NCBI GenBank assembly: GCA_026388515.1 | Contig: JAPLJO010000032.1 | Span: 1-62,009 of the forward strand | Direction of reading: 5' to 3' | Source: Deltaproteobacteria bacterium | Lineage (GTDB): Bacteria; Desulfobacterota; Syntrophia; Syntrophales; UBA2210 | DNA: 62,009 nucleotides | The notes under the pieces: model-generated | Databases searched by the model: none | Told to the model about the DNA's origin: nothing | What the model saw: only the letters and a program-made list of their open reading frames with translations | Shown here: piece by piece, positions 53,732-62,009 of the stretch | Numbering within the stretch: position 1 is the first letter of the stretch | Layout: every line of letters begins with the position of its first letter | Program-made: the position numbers and the translations under genes

Positions 53732-56086
53732 CTACATGTAGCGGCGGTGCTGTATGGCCTGTATGAAACCGACGGCGCCGGGAGAAATCTGCGCCGCGTT
53801 CGCCTCGTCGGTATCGAGGTGCATATCAATCCTGAAGTCGGGGTGAACCCGGATGAGCACGTCGCCGTAAATCAATTCCCGCACACCCGCCACCTTTACC
53901 ATCACCACGTCTCTATCCCTCAGTCCCAGCCGGAGGGCCTCTTCGGTGGACATGTGGATGTGACGCTTCGCGCAGATGACGCCCTTGTCCAGCGTGAAGG
54001 CGCCGGCCGCGCCCTCGATCCTGAGTCCCGGTGTCCCCTCGATGTCTCCCGAATCTCTGATGGGAGCGTCGATGCCGAGCCTGAACTGCTCGGTCCGCGA
54101 GATTTCAATCTGGGACTCTTTTCTGGTGGGGCCGAGGATTCTCACGCGGTCAATCTTTCCCTTGGGTCCGATGAGGTTGACCGTTTCCTCTGCGGCGTAC
54201 TGTCCCGGCTGGCTCAGCTCCGATTTGGGCTTCATGGTCCTTCCGCGGCCGAAGAGTGTTTCGAAATCGGCCTGGCTCAGATGGACATGGTGAGCCGAGG
54301 TGCTCAGCGGCACTCCCGTTGAGCTGAAGGCCAGGATCGTCTCTTCCGGCCGCACCCTGCCGAGGGCATGGATTGTTTCCCGGGCGATCATTTTTTCCTC
54401 ATCCGCGGGGACCACGAGGGCACGCACTTTCGCGCCCGGCTCTGAAATATCGACAACGGTGCCGCGCTGCGCCTTCGTTTTTCTGTTCGTATAGTTGCAG
54501 AGGACGATGCCGAAGGGGTCCAGACCCTGGCAGATGCGCGCCCGGATTTCCGGCGAATTTTCGCCGATTCCCCCTGTGAAGATGAGGGCATCTACACCGC
54601 CCAGGGCAGCAAGATAGGCGCCGACGTATTTTCTCACGCGGTAGCAGAAGACGCTGACGGCCTGCTTGCAGCGCTCGTCACCCCGTTCGGCGGCTTCAAG
54701 CACTTCCCTCATGTCGTTGCTTCTGCCGCTGATTCCCTTGAGGCCGCTCTCCTTGTTCAGCATCTTGTCAATCGCCTCCGGGCTCATGCCTGCGTGCCTC
54801 ATGAGGTGCAGGATTACGCCGGGGTCGATGTCGCCGGCCCTGGTCCCCATGACCAGCCCTTCGAGGGGAGTCATCCCCATGCTCGTATCGATGCTCTGCC
54901 CGTGGTCAACGGCGCACACGGAGGCGCCGCTCCCGAGGTGGCAGGATATGATTTTCAACTCTCCCACGGGATGTTTCAGAAACGTGGCCGCAGAGAGCGC
55001 CACGAACTTGTGGTTGGTGCCGTGGAATCCGTAGCGTCGGATCTGTTCGGCTTCGCAGATCTGGTAGGGGAGGGCGTAGGTATAGGCGCTTGCCGGCATG
55101 GTCAGGTGAAAGGAAGTATCGAAGACAGCCACCTGCGGTGCCTGGGGGATCAGCCGCTGCATGAGATCGATGCCTTCGAGGTTATAGGGATTGTGGAGCG
55201 GTGCGAGGGTGAAAAAGGACCGTATCGATTCGGTCACGTCATCGTCCACCACGACGGAACTGGGATACTTGCTGCCGCCGTGAACCACCCGGTGTCCTAT
55301 CGCTTTTATTTCACCAAGTTCTTTGACGACGCCGAGGGAGGGGTCGGTCAGCGTGGTAACCATGGTCTGAAAGGCGGCCTCGGCATCAGCTACATCCTCA
55401 GCCGGCAGTTCCTTCCGGCCGCCGGGGGTTTTTATCGTGTGAAGCGTGTCCTTTGTGCCGATCCGTTCTATGAGGCCCTCGATGAGGGGGCTCGTTTTCT
55501 GGGTATCGAAGAGGGAGTATTTCAGGGAAGAGCTCCCGCAGTTGACCACGAGGATTTTCATCGCTTCCGAGACGGAGGAAAAATTGAGGTCGTAGGGGTC
55601 TTCGTTTTCCTTGTGGGCCTGTTTCAGCCGTTCCCTCTGGTCCTCGTCCCTCTCATTCTGGAGCATGCGCCTCGTGATGACCCGCGTCACCTTGGCAAGC
55701 GTGGCGTGATTGCCCGCCATCACCCGGGAGAAGACCTCGCGGGGAATTTTCACGACCTTGCAGGTCATTCCCGCCGTCACGTTGGCCGTGGCGGGCTCCC
55801 CCGTCATGATGGACATCTCGCCGAACACCTCGCCCCGTTCGAGGGAGGCAATCACCCTGCCTTCGCCGCCCGCTTCCGGGATCGAGACATCCACATGCCC
55901 GTCATAGACAATCCAGAGATAGCGGCCGATGTCCCCCATTTTTATAATGGAGGCCATGGGTGGATATTCGATGAGTTCGGCCCCGGCGGCGAGGAGCGAC
56001 ACTTCCTCGTCATTGAGGTCAGAGAGCATCCCGATGGACTTGATAAATTGCGAAAGGTTCATCGTTTCCATTCCTTTCCCGGGCAA
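53732..56086 (-). CDS. Triple fusion: cyclic-nucleotide-binding domain + acetate/propionate kinase + PduL-type phosphotransacylase, 784 aa
   Basis: aa ~15-140 cNMP-binding (RGEVFGEMSIMTGEPATA); nt ~55666-56044. aa 176-575 AckA (MKILVVNCGSSSLKY, FHGTNH, IFTGGIGENS); nt 54362-55561. aa ~590-775 PduL (SAHHVHLS, AKRHIHMS, LDTDEANA); nt 53762-54319. One uninterrupted frame. Confidence 0.85.
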   Translation of the reverse strand: MPGKGMETMNLSQFIKSIGMLSDLNDEEVSLLAAGAELIEYPPMASIIKMGDIGRYLWIVYDGHVDVSIPEAGGEGRVIASLERGEVFGEMSIMTGEPATANVTAGMTCKVVKIPREVFSRVMAGNHATLAKVTRVITRRMLQNERDEDQRERLKQAHKENEDPYDLNFSSVSEAMKILVVNCGSSSLKYSLFDTQKTSPLIEGLIERIGTKDTLHTIKTPGGRKELPAEDVADAEAAFQTMVTTLTDPSLGVVKELGEIKAIGHRVVHGGSKYPSSVVVDDDVTESIRSFFTLAPLHNPYNLEGIDLMQRLIPQAPQVAVFDTSFHLTMPASAYTYALPYQICEAEQIRRYGFHGTNHKFVALSAATFLKHPVGELKIISCHLGSGASVCAVDHGQSIDTSMGMTPLEGLVMGTRAGDIDPGVILHLMRHAGMSPEAIDKMLNKESGLKGISGRSNDMREVLEAAERGDERCKQAVSVFCYRVRKYVGAYLAALGGVDALIFTGGIGENSPEIRARICQGLDPFGIVLCNYTNRKTKAQRGTVVDISEPGAKVRALVVPADEEKMIARETIHALGRVRPEETILAFSSTGVPLSTSAHHVHLSQADFETLFGRGRTMKPKSELSQPGQYAAEETVNLIGPKGKIDRVRILGPTRKESQIEISRTEQFRLGIDAPIRDSGDIEGTPGLRIEGAAGAFTLDKGVICAKRHIHMSTEEALRLGLRDRDVVMVKVAGVRELIYGDVLIRVHPDFRIDMHLDTDEANAAQISPGAVGFIQAIQHRRYM

Positions 56087-56342
56087 CTGTGGTGATAAAT
56101 CGACATGCCTTTTTACTGAACGAGGGCTCTCGTGAATGCGTGCGTGGAGAATCGTGTTCGAGCAGGTATATCACCAGCCGGAGAACGAGGCGGAGCGGGA
56201 AATCGATGATAAAAGTGTGCGTGAATTGCCGTCTTCGGCGTGTGACGTTTTTTATCACTAATGGCGTGAGCAATACAGCAATTTTATCGTGTTCCCGTAA
56301 ACGGTGCGCCGGCCGCCATGAATATGATTCCCCCCGTCGCGC

Positions 56343-57248
56343 TCACAGGTATGAATCAAAACGTCCGTCCCTCACGCGGTGGTCGGCCCGCGCCCATTTG
56401 TTTTTACTCACCGTCTCCTGTACCACCGCGAGGCGGTCCGCCATGCCCGGGTGGGTTGAAAAGAATCCCCTCGTGCCCCCGGCTTTTTCTTCCTTTGCAA
56501 GCGTTGCGAGGTAATCGGGCATGCCGTTCGGGTCGTACCCTATGCGGTTCATGATGACGAGCGCGCCCTGATCGGCGGCCCGTTCCTGTTCCCGGCTGTA
56601 CCCGTTTGTGACGAGCGTTTTTACCACGTCGTTCACCGATCCTTCGAAGAGCGACGTCAGCTTCGCGATATCGCCTGAGCCATAGGTGCCGGCGACGTCG
56701 GACCCCAGGGCGGTGACCACTTCGAGCCACCGGGAATTCTGTATCGCCCTGACTCCGTCCCGGTGATTCACGTGGGCGATTTCATGGGCAAGGATTGATG
56801 CCAGCTCCTCTTCGTTTTTCGCCCTTGTAAGCATGCCGCGGCTCACGAAAATAATCCCCCCGGGACAGGCAAGGGCATTGACCTCATCGGTGGCGAGAAT
56901 GGCAAAGTGATACCCGCCGTAGGTCAGGGGAACATCGGATACCATGGCAAGTGCCTGTCCCACCTGGTTGACGTATGTCGTCAGTTTTTCATTCTGATCC
57001 AGTTTATATGTGCCGAGAATCGTCGCCGCGACGGCTCGTCCCAGGAAATATTCTTCCTTTTCCGTCATGGGACGTGCGGCGCGTTCAGCACCCTTTGCCG
57101 TTCGGTCGATGATTTCCTTGTCCTTCGCCGTAATCACCCCCATCTCCTGCCCTGCCGTCGTTCCCACCTTAACAACCTCGGCGCAGCCGGGCATCAGGAG
57201 AAGAAAGGTGAGGATGAATGCCATATGAAGCACGTGGTGACGTTTCAT
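56343..57248 (-). CDS. M48-family Zn metallopeptidase lipoprotein
   Basis: Lipobox LLMPGC and HEIAHVNHRD (HExxH). Confidence 0.8.
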   Translation of the reverse strand: MKRHHVLHMAFILTFLLLMPGCAEVVKVGTTAGQEMGVITAKDKEIIDRTAKGAERAARPMTEKEEYFLGRAVAATILGTYKLDQNEKLTTYVNQVGQALAMVSDVPLTYGGYHFAILATDEVNALACPGGIIFVSRGMLTRAKNEEELASILAHEIAHVNHRDGVRAIQNSRWLEVVTALGSDVAGTYGSGDIAKLTSLFEGSVNDVVKTLVTNGYSREQERAADQGALVIMNRIGYDPNGMPDYLATLAKEEKAGGTRGFFSTHPGMADRLAVVQETVSKNKWARADHRVRDGRFDSYL

Positions 57249-57721
57249 GATTCACCTCCCGGTTCCCTGAGCTTACCGGCCCGAATGAAGGCCTGAATCT
57301 TCTCATCGGTTATTCGATAGGATTCGACCTGGTTCACGAGGTCGTATCTCATCGCCGGGTTTTTATCGTGGAACGCCTTCTCCACCTCCGGGGTGAACCC
57401 CTTGCCGGCAAGGGCCACTTCGTCTTTCGTGGATTCCGCCGCCTTTCCTCCCCCAAGTGCCGTCCAGTCGATCTTCAGTTCCGTAACGGCGCTTTTATGA
57501 ATCCATCCCTGCGTGCCCCTGTAGGTGACGTTCAGCCAGTCTCCCTTTACTTCCCGGCTCTCGACCTTCTCGCCATAGGGTACGCGTATCACGATGGGGG
57601 CGAAGAAACGCCGGTCCTTCCTCACCGCCGCCTCCTCGTTGATGACCCGGTACGTGGCCGCATAGGCCGCGGCGCCCATGGTGAGCAGCACCACGAGGCA
57701 GCACCACAGCATCTTTTTCAT
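57245..57721 (-). CDS. Exported bacterial SH3-domain protein, 158 aa
   Basis: Signal peptide. SH3b-like VRVPYGEKVESREVKGDWLNVTYRGTQGWIHKSAV. ATGA overlap with the M48 gene. Confidence 0.65.
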   Translation of the reverse strand: MKKMLWCCLVVLLTMGAAAYAATYRVINEEAAVRKDRRFFAPIVIRVPYGEKVESREVKGDWLNVTYRGTQGWIHKSAVTELKIDWTALGGGKAAESTKDEVALAGKGFTPEVEKAFHDKNPAMRYDLVNQVESYRITDEKIQAFIRAGKLREPGGES

Positions 57722-57772
57722 GTATGTTCCCCTTCCTTTCCTGTGTAATTGCCGTATCGCGGATTGACGGTA

Positions 57773-59959
57773 CTACTTTGTCGTGAGCCGGTAGACACCG
57801 TCCCACCCTGCGGGCGGTGGATCTTTCATGAAGGCTTCGCACCGCTGAATGAACGTCTTCGAGGGACCATCGCCGGGATTGACCGCCAGCGCCTGCCGGA
57901 AGCTGGAGACGGCCTCGTCCCACCTCATTGCCCTGTACTGTACGAGTCCCTCGGTAAAGAGGCGCGCCGTCTCTTTCATTCCATCGTCGAGGGCGCCCGA
58001 TCTTGCCAGCACCTCGTAAATGCGGACGGGTTTTTCTTTGCCCTTTACCTGAAGAAGATCGAGCTCCCGCACTTCAATCCGGTCCTCTGCCTGCCGCCAG
58101 GTCTCCTCGCTGATGGTGATATGGGTCCCGTATTCCTTTCCGGCACCCTCGAGCCGCGAGGCCAGGTTGACGCTATCCCCGATAACGGTAAAGTCGAAGC
58201 GCTTGCTGGAGCCCATATTCCCGATGATCATCTCACCGGTATTGATGCCGATACGCGCATAGACCGGGGGGAGCCCCGCCCGCTGGAATTCCTCGCGGAG
58301 CCCGACGAGGCGCTCCTGGTTATCCAGGGCGGCGAGACAGGCCCGTGCCGCGTGGTCTTCCTGTTGGACGGGCGATCCCCAGAAGGCCATGATGGCGTCG
58401 CCCTCGTACTTGTCGATGATGCCGCCGCTCTCCAAAATGATGTCCGTCATGGCGGTGAGATATTTGTTGAGGAGGCCCACCACCTCCTCGGGCGAGAGCA
58501 TTTCCGACATCGAGGTGAACCCGGCGAGATCCGAAAAGAACACTGAAAGCACGCGTCGCTCACCGCCGAGCCGGAGCTTTTCAGGATTCCTGAGGAGGTC
58601 CTGAATGAGAAGATCGGACATATAGTGCGAGAAGGTCTGCTTGATCTGGCGCTTGTGCCGGCCTTCCGTGGCGTAACTGAACGCCGCCGTGAAGGCAAAC
58701 GCGAATCCCAGGGAGGCGAGAAGCAAAATCGCATCAACCCAGAGGTTCCGGTGGAAGGCGAAGAGAATAAACGCGAGAAGACCGCCGGTATAACAAAGAA
58801 CGGTGAGGAGCAAAGTCCCGTAGCCGCCGGCGAGCATTACCGTAATCCCCGTGAAGACGGCAACGGCGGCGGAGAGCGAAAACACGGCGGGAGGGGAGAT
58901 GCGTGTCCTGAAGTCTTTCTGAAGGAGGTTTGCGACCAGGGTCGCATGGATGGAGACGCCGGGGTAAATTGAGCTTACCGGTGTTGATTTCATGTCGAAG
59001 AGTCCCGGTGCCGTGAAACCGATAAAGACGATTTTATCCTTGAACGATTCCGGTGCATAGAGAGGCTTCCGCCCCTCCTCAAGGGCGAGAGCAGACGAGA
59101 TGACGTTGTAGGCGGAGTAGCGCTGATATTCCCTGTCCGGATCGTAGTAGGTAAGAAGAAACGTCCGCTGCCCGTCCAGCGGCACCGTAAGGCCGCCGAT
59201 TACCATTCCATCTTTCCTGAAAGAAACTGTACCGCCTCCCTCTGCGTCCCGGAAAGCCGCAAGCCCTATGGCGGGAATCCAGTCGGAGCGGTAACAGAAC
59301 GCCGGGGGAATACGCCGGAATATGCCGTCCGTGTCCGGAAAGGTTTTGACGTTACCAAATCCCCGGGCGGCCTCCGAGAGCGCCCTGACCGGAGGAATCA
59401 TGGAATTGTTTCCGGGTGTGGCGCATTGATCATCTTTCGCGAGAGGAAGTGCCGTTTTCGTAATTATTTCACGTTCCCACGGCTCTTCACCGCGGGCTTC
59501 CCCGCTCAGGAAGACGGGAAGATAGACATGGCCGTTGTCCCTCAGCGCCTCCGCGAGAAGATCATCATCCTCGACACCGTAGGAAGATGGTTCCGTATAG
59601 AGAATGTCGAACACCACCGCCTTTGCGCCGGCGCGCGTGGCGAACCGGACAATGGGCGCATACATCTGCCGCGGCCACGGCCAGTTGATTCCCTGCGCCC
59701 GGGCGGCGTCCAGGCTCCCCTGGTCCACGGCCACCAGGACAATATCCCGGGGAGCGGCCTTGCCGGCAACGAAAAACTGGCAGAGCCGGTCGTACGCCTT
59801 GAGCTCGAAGGATTCGAGAAAGCCGGTGAAATGGAGCGGGAGCATGAGAATCCAGACAATGATGCCGATGACGGTGCCGGCAGCGATTTTGCCTTTTTTC
59901 TCGAAAAGGGTGGCGAAGCGCATGGTAAAATTCTTACCCGGAGGGATACGCGAAGTCAA
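57773..59959 (-). CDS. CHASE2-domain class III adenylate/guanylate cyclase, 728 aa
   Basis: N-terminal TM, periplasmic CHASE2-like region and a TM bundle. Cyclase core VLSVFFSDLAGFTS...GDAIMAFWG...IGINTGEMIIGNMGS..RFDFTVIGDSVNLASRLEG. TPR-like tail. Confidence 0.85.
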   Translation of the reverse strand: MTSRIPPGKNFTMRFATLFEKKGKIAAGTVIGIIVWILMLPLHFTGFLESFELKAYDRLCQFFVAGKAAPRDIVLVAVDQGSLDAARAQGINWPWPRQMYAPIVRFATRAGAKAVVFDILYTEPSSYGVEDDDLLAEALRDNGHVYLPVFLSGEARGEEPWEREIITKTALPLAKDDQCATPGNNSMIPPVRALSEAARGFGNVKTFPDTDGIFRRIPPAFCYRSDWIPAIGLAAFRDAEGGGTVSFRKDGMVIGGLTVPLDGQRTFLLTYYDPDREYQRYSAYNVISSALALEEGRKPLYAPESFKDKIVFIGFTAPGLFDMKSTPVSSIYPGVSIHATLVANLLQKDFRTRISPPAVFSLSAAVAVFTGITVMLAGGYGTLLLTVLCYTGGLLAFILFAFHRNLWVDAILLLASLGFAFAFTAAFSYATEGRHKRQIKQTFSHYMSDLLIQDLLRNPEKLRLGGERRVLSVFFSDLAGFTSMSEMLSPEEVVGLLNKYLTAMTDIILESGGIIDKYEGDAIMAFWGSPVQQEDHAARACLAALDNQERLVGLREEFQRAGLPPVYARIGINTGEMIIGNMGSSKRFDFTVIGDSVNLASRLEGAGKEYGTHITISEETWRQAEDRIEVRELDLLQVKGKEKPVRIYEVLARSGALDDGMKETARLFTEGLVQYRAMRWDEAVSSFRQALAVNPGDGPSKTFIQRCEAFMKDPPPAGWDGVYRLTTK

Positions 59960-60121
59960 TGCGGAAATAGTGCCCGTGAAAAGCGGCGGACTTGAAGAAT
60001 GTAAAATTGATTGACAACTCCGGCAGGAAATGGTTCTTTTGAAGACGGCACATTTATATTACTGGGAACGAATGACTGAGAAGGCAGCCCGGATAGAATC
60101 CCGCCCATAACGATTTGACGG

Positions 60122-61177
60122 CTATTCCAATGTAGTGTCTTTTTTCGGGAACAGCATCGAAATCCCGATACTTCCCACCAGAATACTCACAATGACATAC
60201 AGTGAATGCACCGTGTGAAACCCGATTTCATCCAGCCACTCGTGCCCCAGAAGCTTCAGCCCCACAAAAACAAGGAGGAAGGAAACGCCTGCCTTCAGGT
60301 AATGAAACCGGTCCACGATTTTCATGAGCATGAAAAACATCGAACGCAAGCCATTCACCGCGAAGATGTTGGCGAAGAAGACGATGAAGGGATCGATGCT
60401 CACGGCAAAAATCGCGGGGATGGAATCCAGGGCGAACATGAGATCGGTAAAGGCTATCACGACGAGCACGATGAAAAGAGGCGTCATGCAGAGTTTTGAT
60501 TCGTTTCTCACGAAGAACTTGTTTGCCACATACCGGGGAAACACGGCAAAGTGGTTTGACAGGAACTTGACCAGCCAGTGGTGCTCCGGTTCTATCTTCT
60601 CCTCATCGTGGCGGGTGGCGAACATATGGGCGCCGGTGTAGACGAGAAACGCCCCAAAGATGTAAAGAATCCATTGGAATTTCACGACGAGGGCCGAGCC
60701 GACGAAGATGAAAATGCAGCGCAGAAAGATTGCTCCGACGATTCCCCAGAAGAGCACCTGTTTCTGATGTTCGGCGCGGACAGAGAATGCCGACAGAATC
60801 ATGATAAAGACGAAGATATTGTCAACCGAAAGCGAGTACTCGATGAGATAGCCGGTGATGAAGGTCAGTGCCAGGTTGTGGCGGTATAGTTCGATACTCT
60901 GCGCAAGATCACCTTCCACCAGCTTCAAATTGGGCGCATAGATCGAGGTGACCGCCCGAAGATGCTCCATGGTGCTGATGCCGTGTATGACTTCCCCATA
61001 GAAATAAAGGAATACGTAAAAAATAAGCGCGCAGGATACCCACACCCCACTCCAGATGGTGGCTTCCCTGAAAGACATGACACGCTTGCCCCTCCCGATG
61101 ACGGTGAGATCAAGGGTGAGCATGCCAAGAATAAAAAGCGCGAAGACAGCGAAGAACAGCACTTCATTTATCGGCAT
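60122..61177 (-). CDS. TerC/Alx-family integral membrane protein
   Basis: 351 aa, multi-TM, with the paired motifs EYSLSVDNIFVF and FALDSIPAIFAV typical of TerC. Confidence 0.85.
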   Translation of the reverse strand: MPINEVLFFAVFALFILGMLTLDLTVIGRGKRVMSFREATIWSGVWVSCALIFYVFLYFYGEVIHGISTMEHLRAVTSIYAPNLKLVEGDLAQSIELYRHNLALTFITGYLIEYSLSVDNIFVFIMILSAFSVRAEHQKQVLFWGIVGAIFLRCIFIFVGSALVVKFQWILYIFGAFLVYTGAHMFATRHDEEKIEPEHHWLVKFLSNHFAVFPRYVANKFFVRNESKLCMTPLFIVLVVIAFTDLMFALDSIPAIFAVSIDPFIVFFANIFAVNGLRSMFFMLMKIVDRFHYLKAGVSFLLVFVGLKLLGHEWLDEIGFHTVHSLYVIVSILVGSIGISMLFPKKDTTLE

Positions 61178-61378
61178 GATATCGCTGGAATCCTTTGTTT
61201 TTTATGATGACCATGGATGCATGATGCCGTCAGGCCGGGACATTCATAGCATATTCTTTGGTAAACTCAAAGGGGAAGGGATCATAAGAATTCAGGCTTT
61301 GGGAGAACCCGTCTGTTCTTCAAGTCTTAGAGATGATGGACTGCACGTAAATATGAATAATTCGTATTGGAGAAAAAC

Positions 61379-61654
61379 ATGAAAGCAAAACTAACGAAAG
61401 AAGAAAAGGAACTCCTTAGGGGCTTCGAGAAAGGCGAATGGGTTCCTGTCGCGGACCTTCCGAAAAGAAAGAAGGAACTCATTGAGTACGCACGGAATAC
61501 CCTGAGAAAAGACAAAAGACTGAACATTCGGATTTCCGAAAGAGATCTCGTCGAATTACAAAGAAAGGCAGTCAGGGAAGGACTGCCATATCAGGCTTAT
61601 GTCGCAAGCATTATTCACAAGTTTGTCAATGATACCTTAGTAGAAAAGAAGTAA
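61379..61654 (+). CDS. Ribbon-helix-helix (CopG/BrnA-like) type II antitoxin
   Basis: MKAKLTKEEKELLRGFEKGEW...KDKRLNIRISERDLVELQRKAVREGLPYQAYVASIIHKFV. GGAG lies 6 nt before ATG 61379; the track ORF starts at TTG 61367. Confidence 0.7.
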   Translation: MKAKLTKEEKELLRGFEKGEWVPVADLPKRKKELIEYARNTLRKDKRLNIRISERDLVELQRKAVREGLPYQAYVASIIHKFVNDTLVEKK

Positions 61655-61656
61655 GT

Positions 61657-61746
61657 GGTCGCGTCTTGACTTTTCACGGTTTTAAAATGTTCGTGCTTCT
61701 GTCTGACCTTGTAAGAAATAACTCTGTCAAAAGTAAAGACGCGACC
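61657..61746 (+). repeat. 21-bp imperfect inverted repeat (61657-61677 / 61726-61746) around a 48-nt AT-rich spacer
   Basis: ggtcgcgtcttgacttttcac versus the reverse complement of gtcaaaagtaaagacgcgacc: 19/21 pairs. It starts 3 nt after the antitoxin stop. Confidence 0.7.
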
Positions 61747-61852
61747 CCATGTCAACGAAGGGCACCTCGAAGTCAGGGTTCGTGTCGGCGATGATGGTGC
61801 CGAAGGAATCGTAGTCAACCTGTTTCACCACGTTCCCTGATGAATCGCTACT
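61727..61852 (-). pseudogene. Rhs/YD-repeat protein fragment (~27 aa of homology)
   Basis: Manual translation gives SSDSSGNVVKQVDYDSFGTIIADTNPDFEVPF, then divergence into the inverted-repeat arm and a stop. A TAA lies immediately upstream, so there is no start. Confidence 0.45.
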
Positions 61853-62009
61853 TTATCCAAAAGCCGCTTCTTACACTAGTATGGGATTTCAATTTAACTT
61901 CTTTCTTCTCCCTGAAGAAATAGACGTAGATGGCAGGTATTTCTAAAAACCCAGTTCTTTCATAAATTAAAGAATCGTATTCTGAAACGTATAAAAAATC
62001 ATGACCTCC

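Noticed and set aside
53114-56095. 402-aa and 433-aa + strand ORFs.
   Set aside because: They are antisense to lpxR and to the cNMP::Ack::PduL gene. The translations have no domain signatures, so they are shadow ORFs.
56087-56342. CRP/FNR-type operator in front of the cNMP::Ack::PduL gene (gtgtgacgttttttatcac).
   Set aside because: The half-sites TGTGA and TCAC are separated by 9 nt rather than the canonical 6, and the match is partial. I cannot distinguish it from chance.
61178-61366. yybP-ykoY (Mn) riboswitch upstream of the TerC-family gene.
   Set aside because: I read the minus-strand leader and did not see the conserved GGGGAGUAG or ACAUA-type motifs. The only AAAGGGGAAGGG stretch is on the wrong (+) strand.
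61056-61382. 108-aa + strand ORF as the toxin partner of the RHH antitoxin.
   Set aside because: Two-thirds of it is antisense to the TerC N-terminus. There is no SD and no toxin-family motifs, only a faint IIRI similarity.
61615-61818. 67-aa minus-strand track ORF.
   Set aside because: It runs through the inverted repeat and the antitoxin 3' end in a frame different from the Rhs-like remnant, and has no motifs.

Overview
This is a 62-kb chromosomal window from a GC-rich bacterium; the taxon cannot be assigned from here. Positions 7.2-38.3 kb hold the conserved translation/transcription supercluster, all on the + strand: tRNA-Thr-Tyr-Gly-Thr, rpmG, tRNA-Trp, secE-nusG-rplKAJL-rpoBC, rpsL-rpsG-fusA-tuf, then the S10, spc and alpha operons through rplQ. 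To the left are gap-tpiA-secG-tRNA-Leu (minus strand) and a Memo::AMMECR1 fusion. To the right are a small EF-Tu-domain-II-like ORF, folC, lptD, rplM-rpsI, argC, cysS, greA, a decayed acyl-CoA dehydrogenase, an NDP-forming acyl-CoA synthetase alpha-type gene, a class-V desulfurase plus DUF3343 pair, and lpxR. After lpxR comes a minus-strand block (CHASE2 class III nucleotide cyclase, exported SH3 protein, M48 lipoprotein peptidase, and a cNMP-binding::acetate kinase::PduL triple fusion), followed by TerC. Three patches look AT-richer by eye (GC not computed) and appear accessory. (i) 1-2945 is a cassette-like array of three single genes (PilZ, YD-repeat lipoprotein, multi-TM protein), each closed by the same 68-nt hairpin element, with the last copy abutting tRNA-Leu(GAG). 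(ii) 42345-44589 is an islet between lptD and rplM holding a RhuM-like fragment, an NYN-domain ORF with an in-frame stop after its ATG, and an HNH endonuclease. (iii) 61178-62009 holds an orphan RHH antitoxin, a 21-bp inverted repeat and an Rhs/YD fragment. I saw no rRNA, CRISPR array, transposase or integrase. The strongest candidates for undescribed biology are the cyclic-nucleotide-gated Ack::PduL fusion with its adjacent cyclase module and the tRNA-Leu cassette array.
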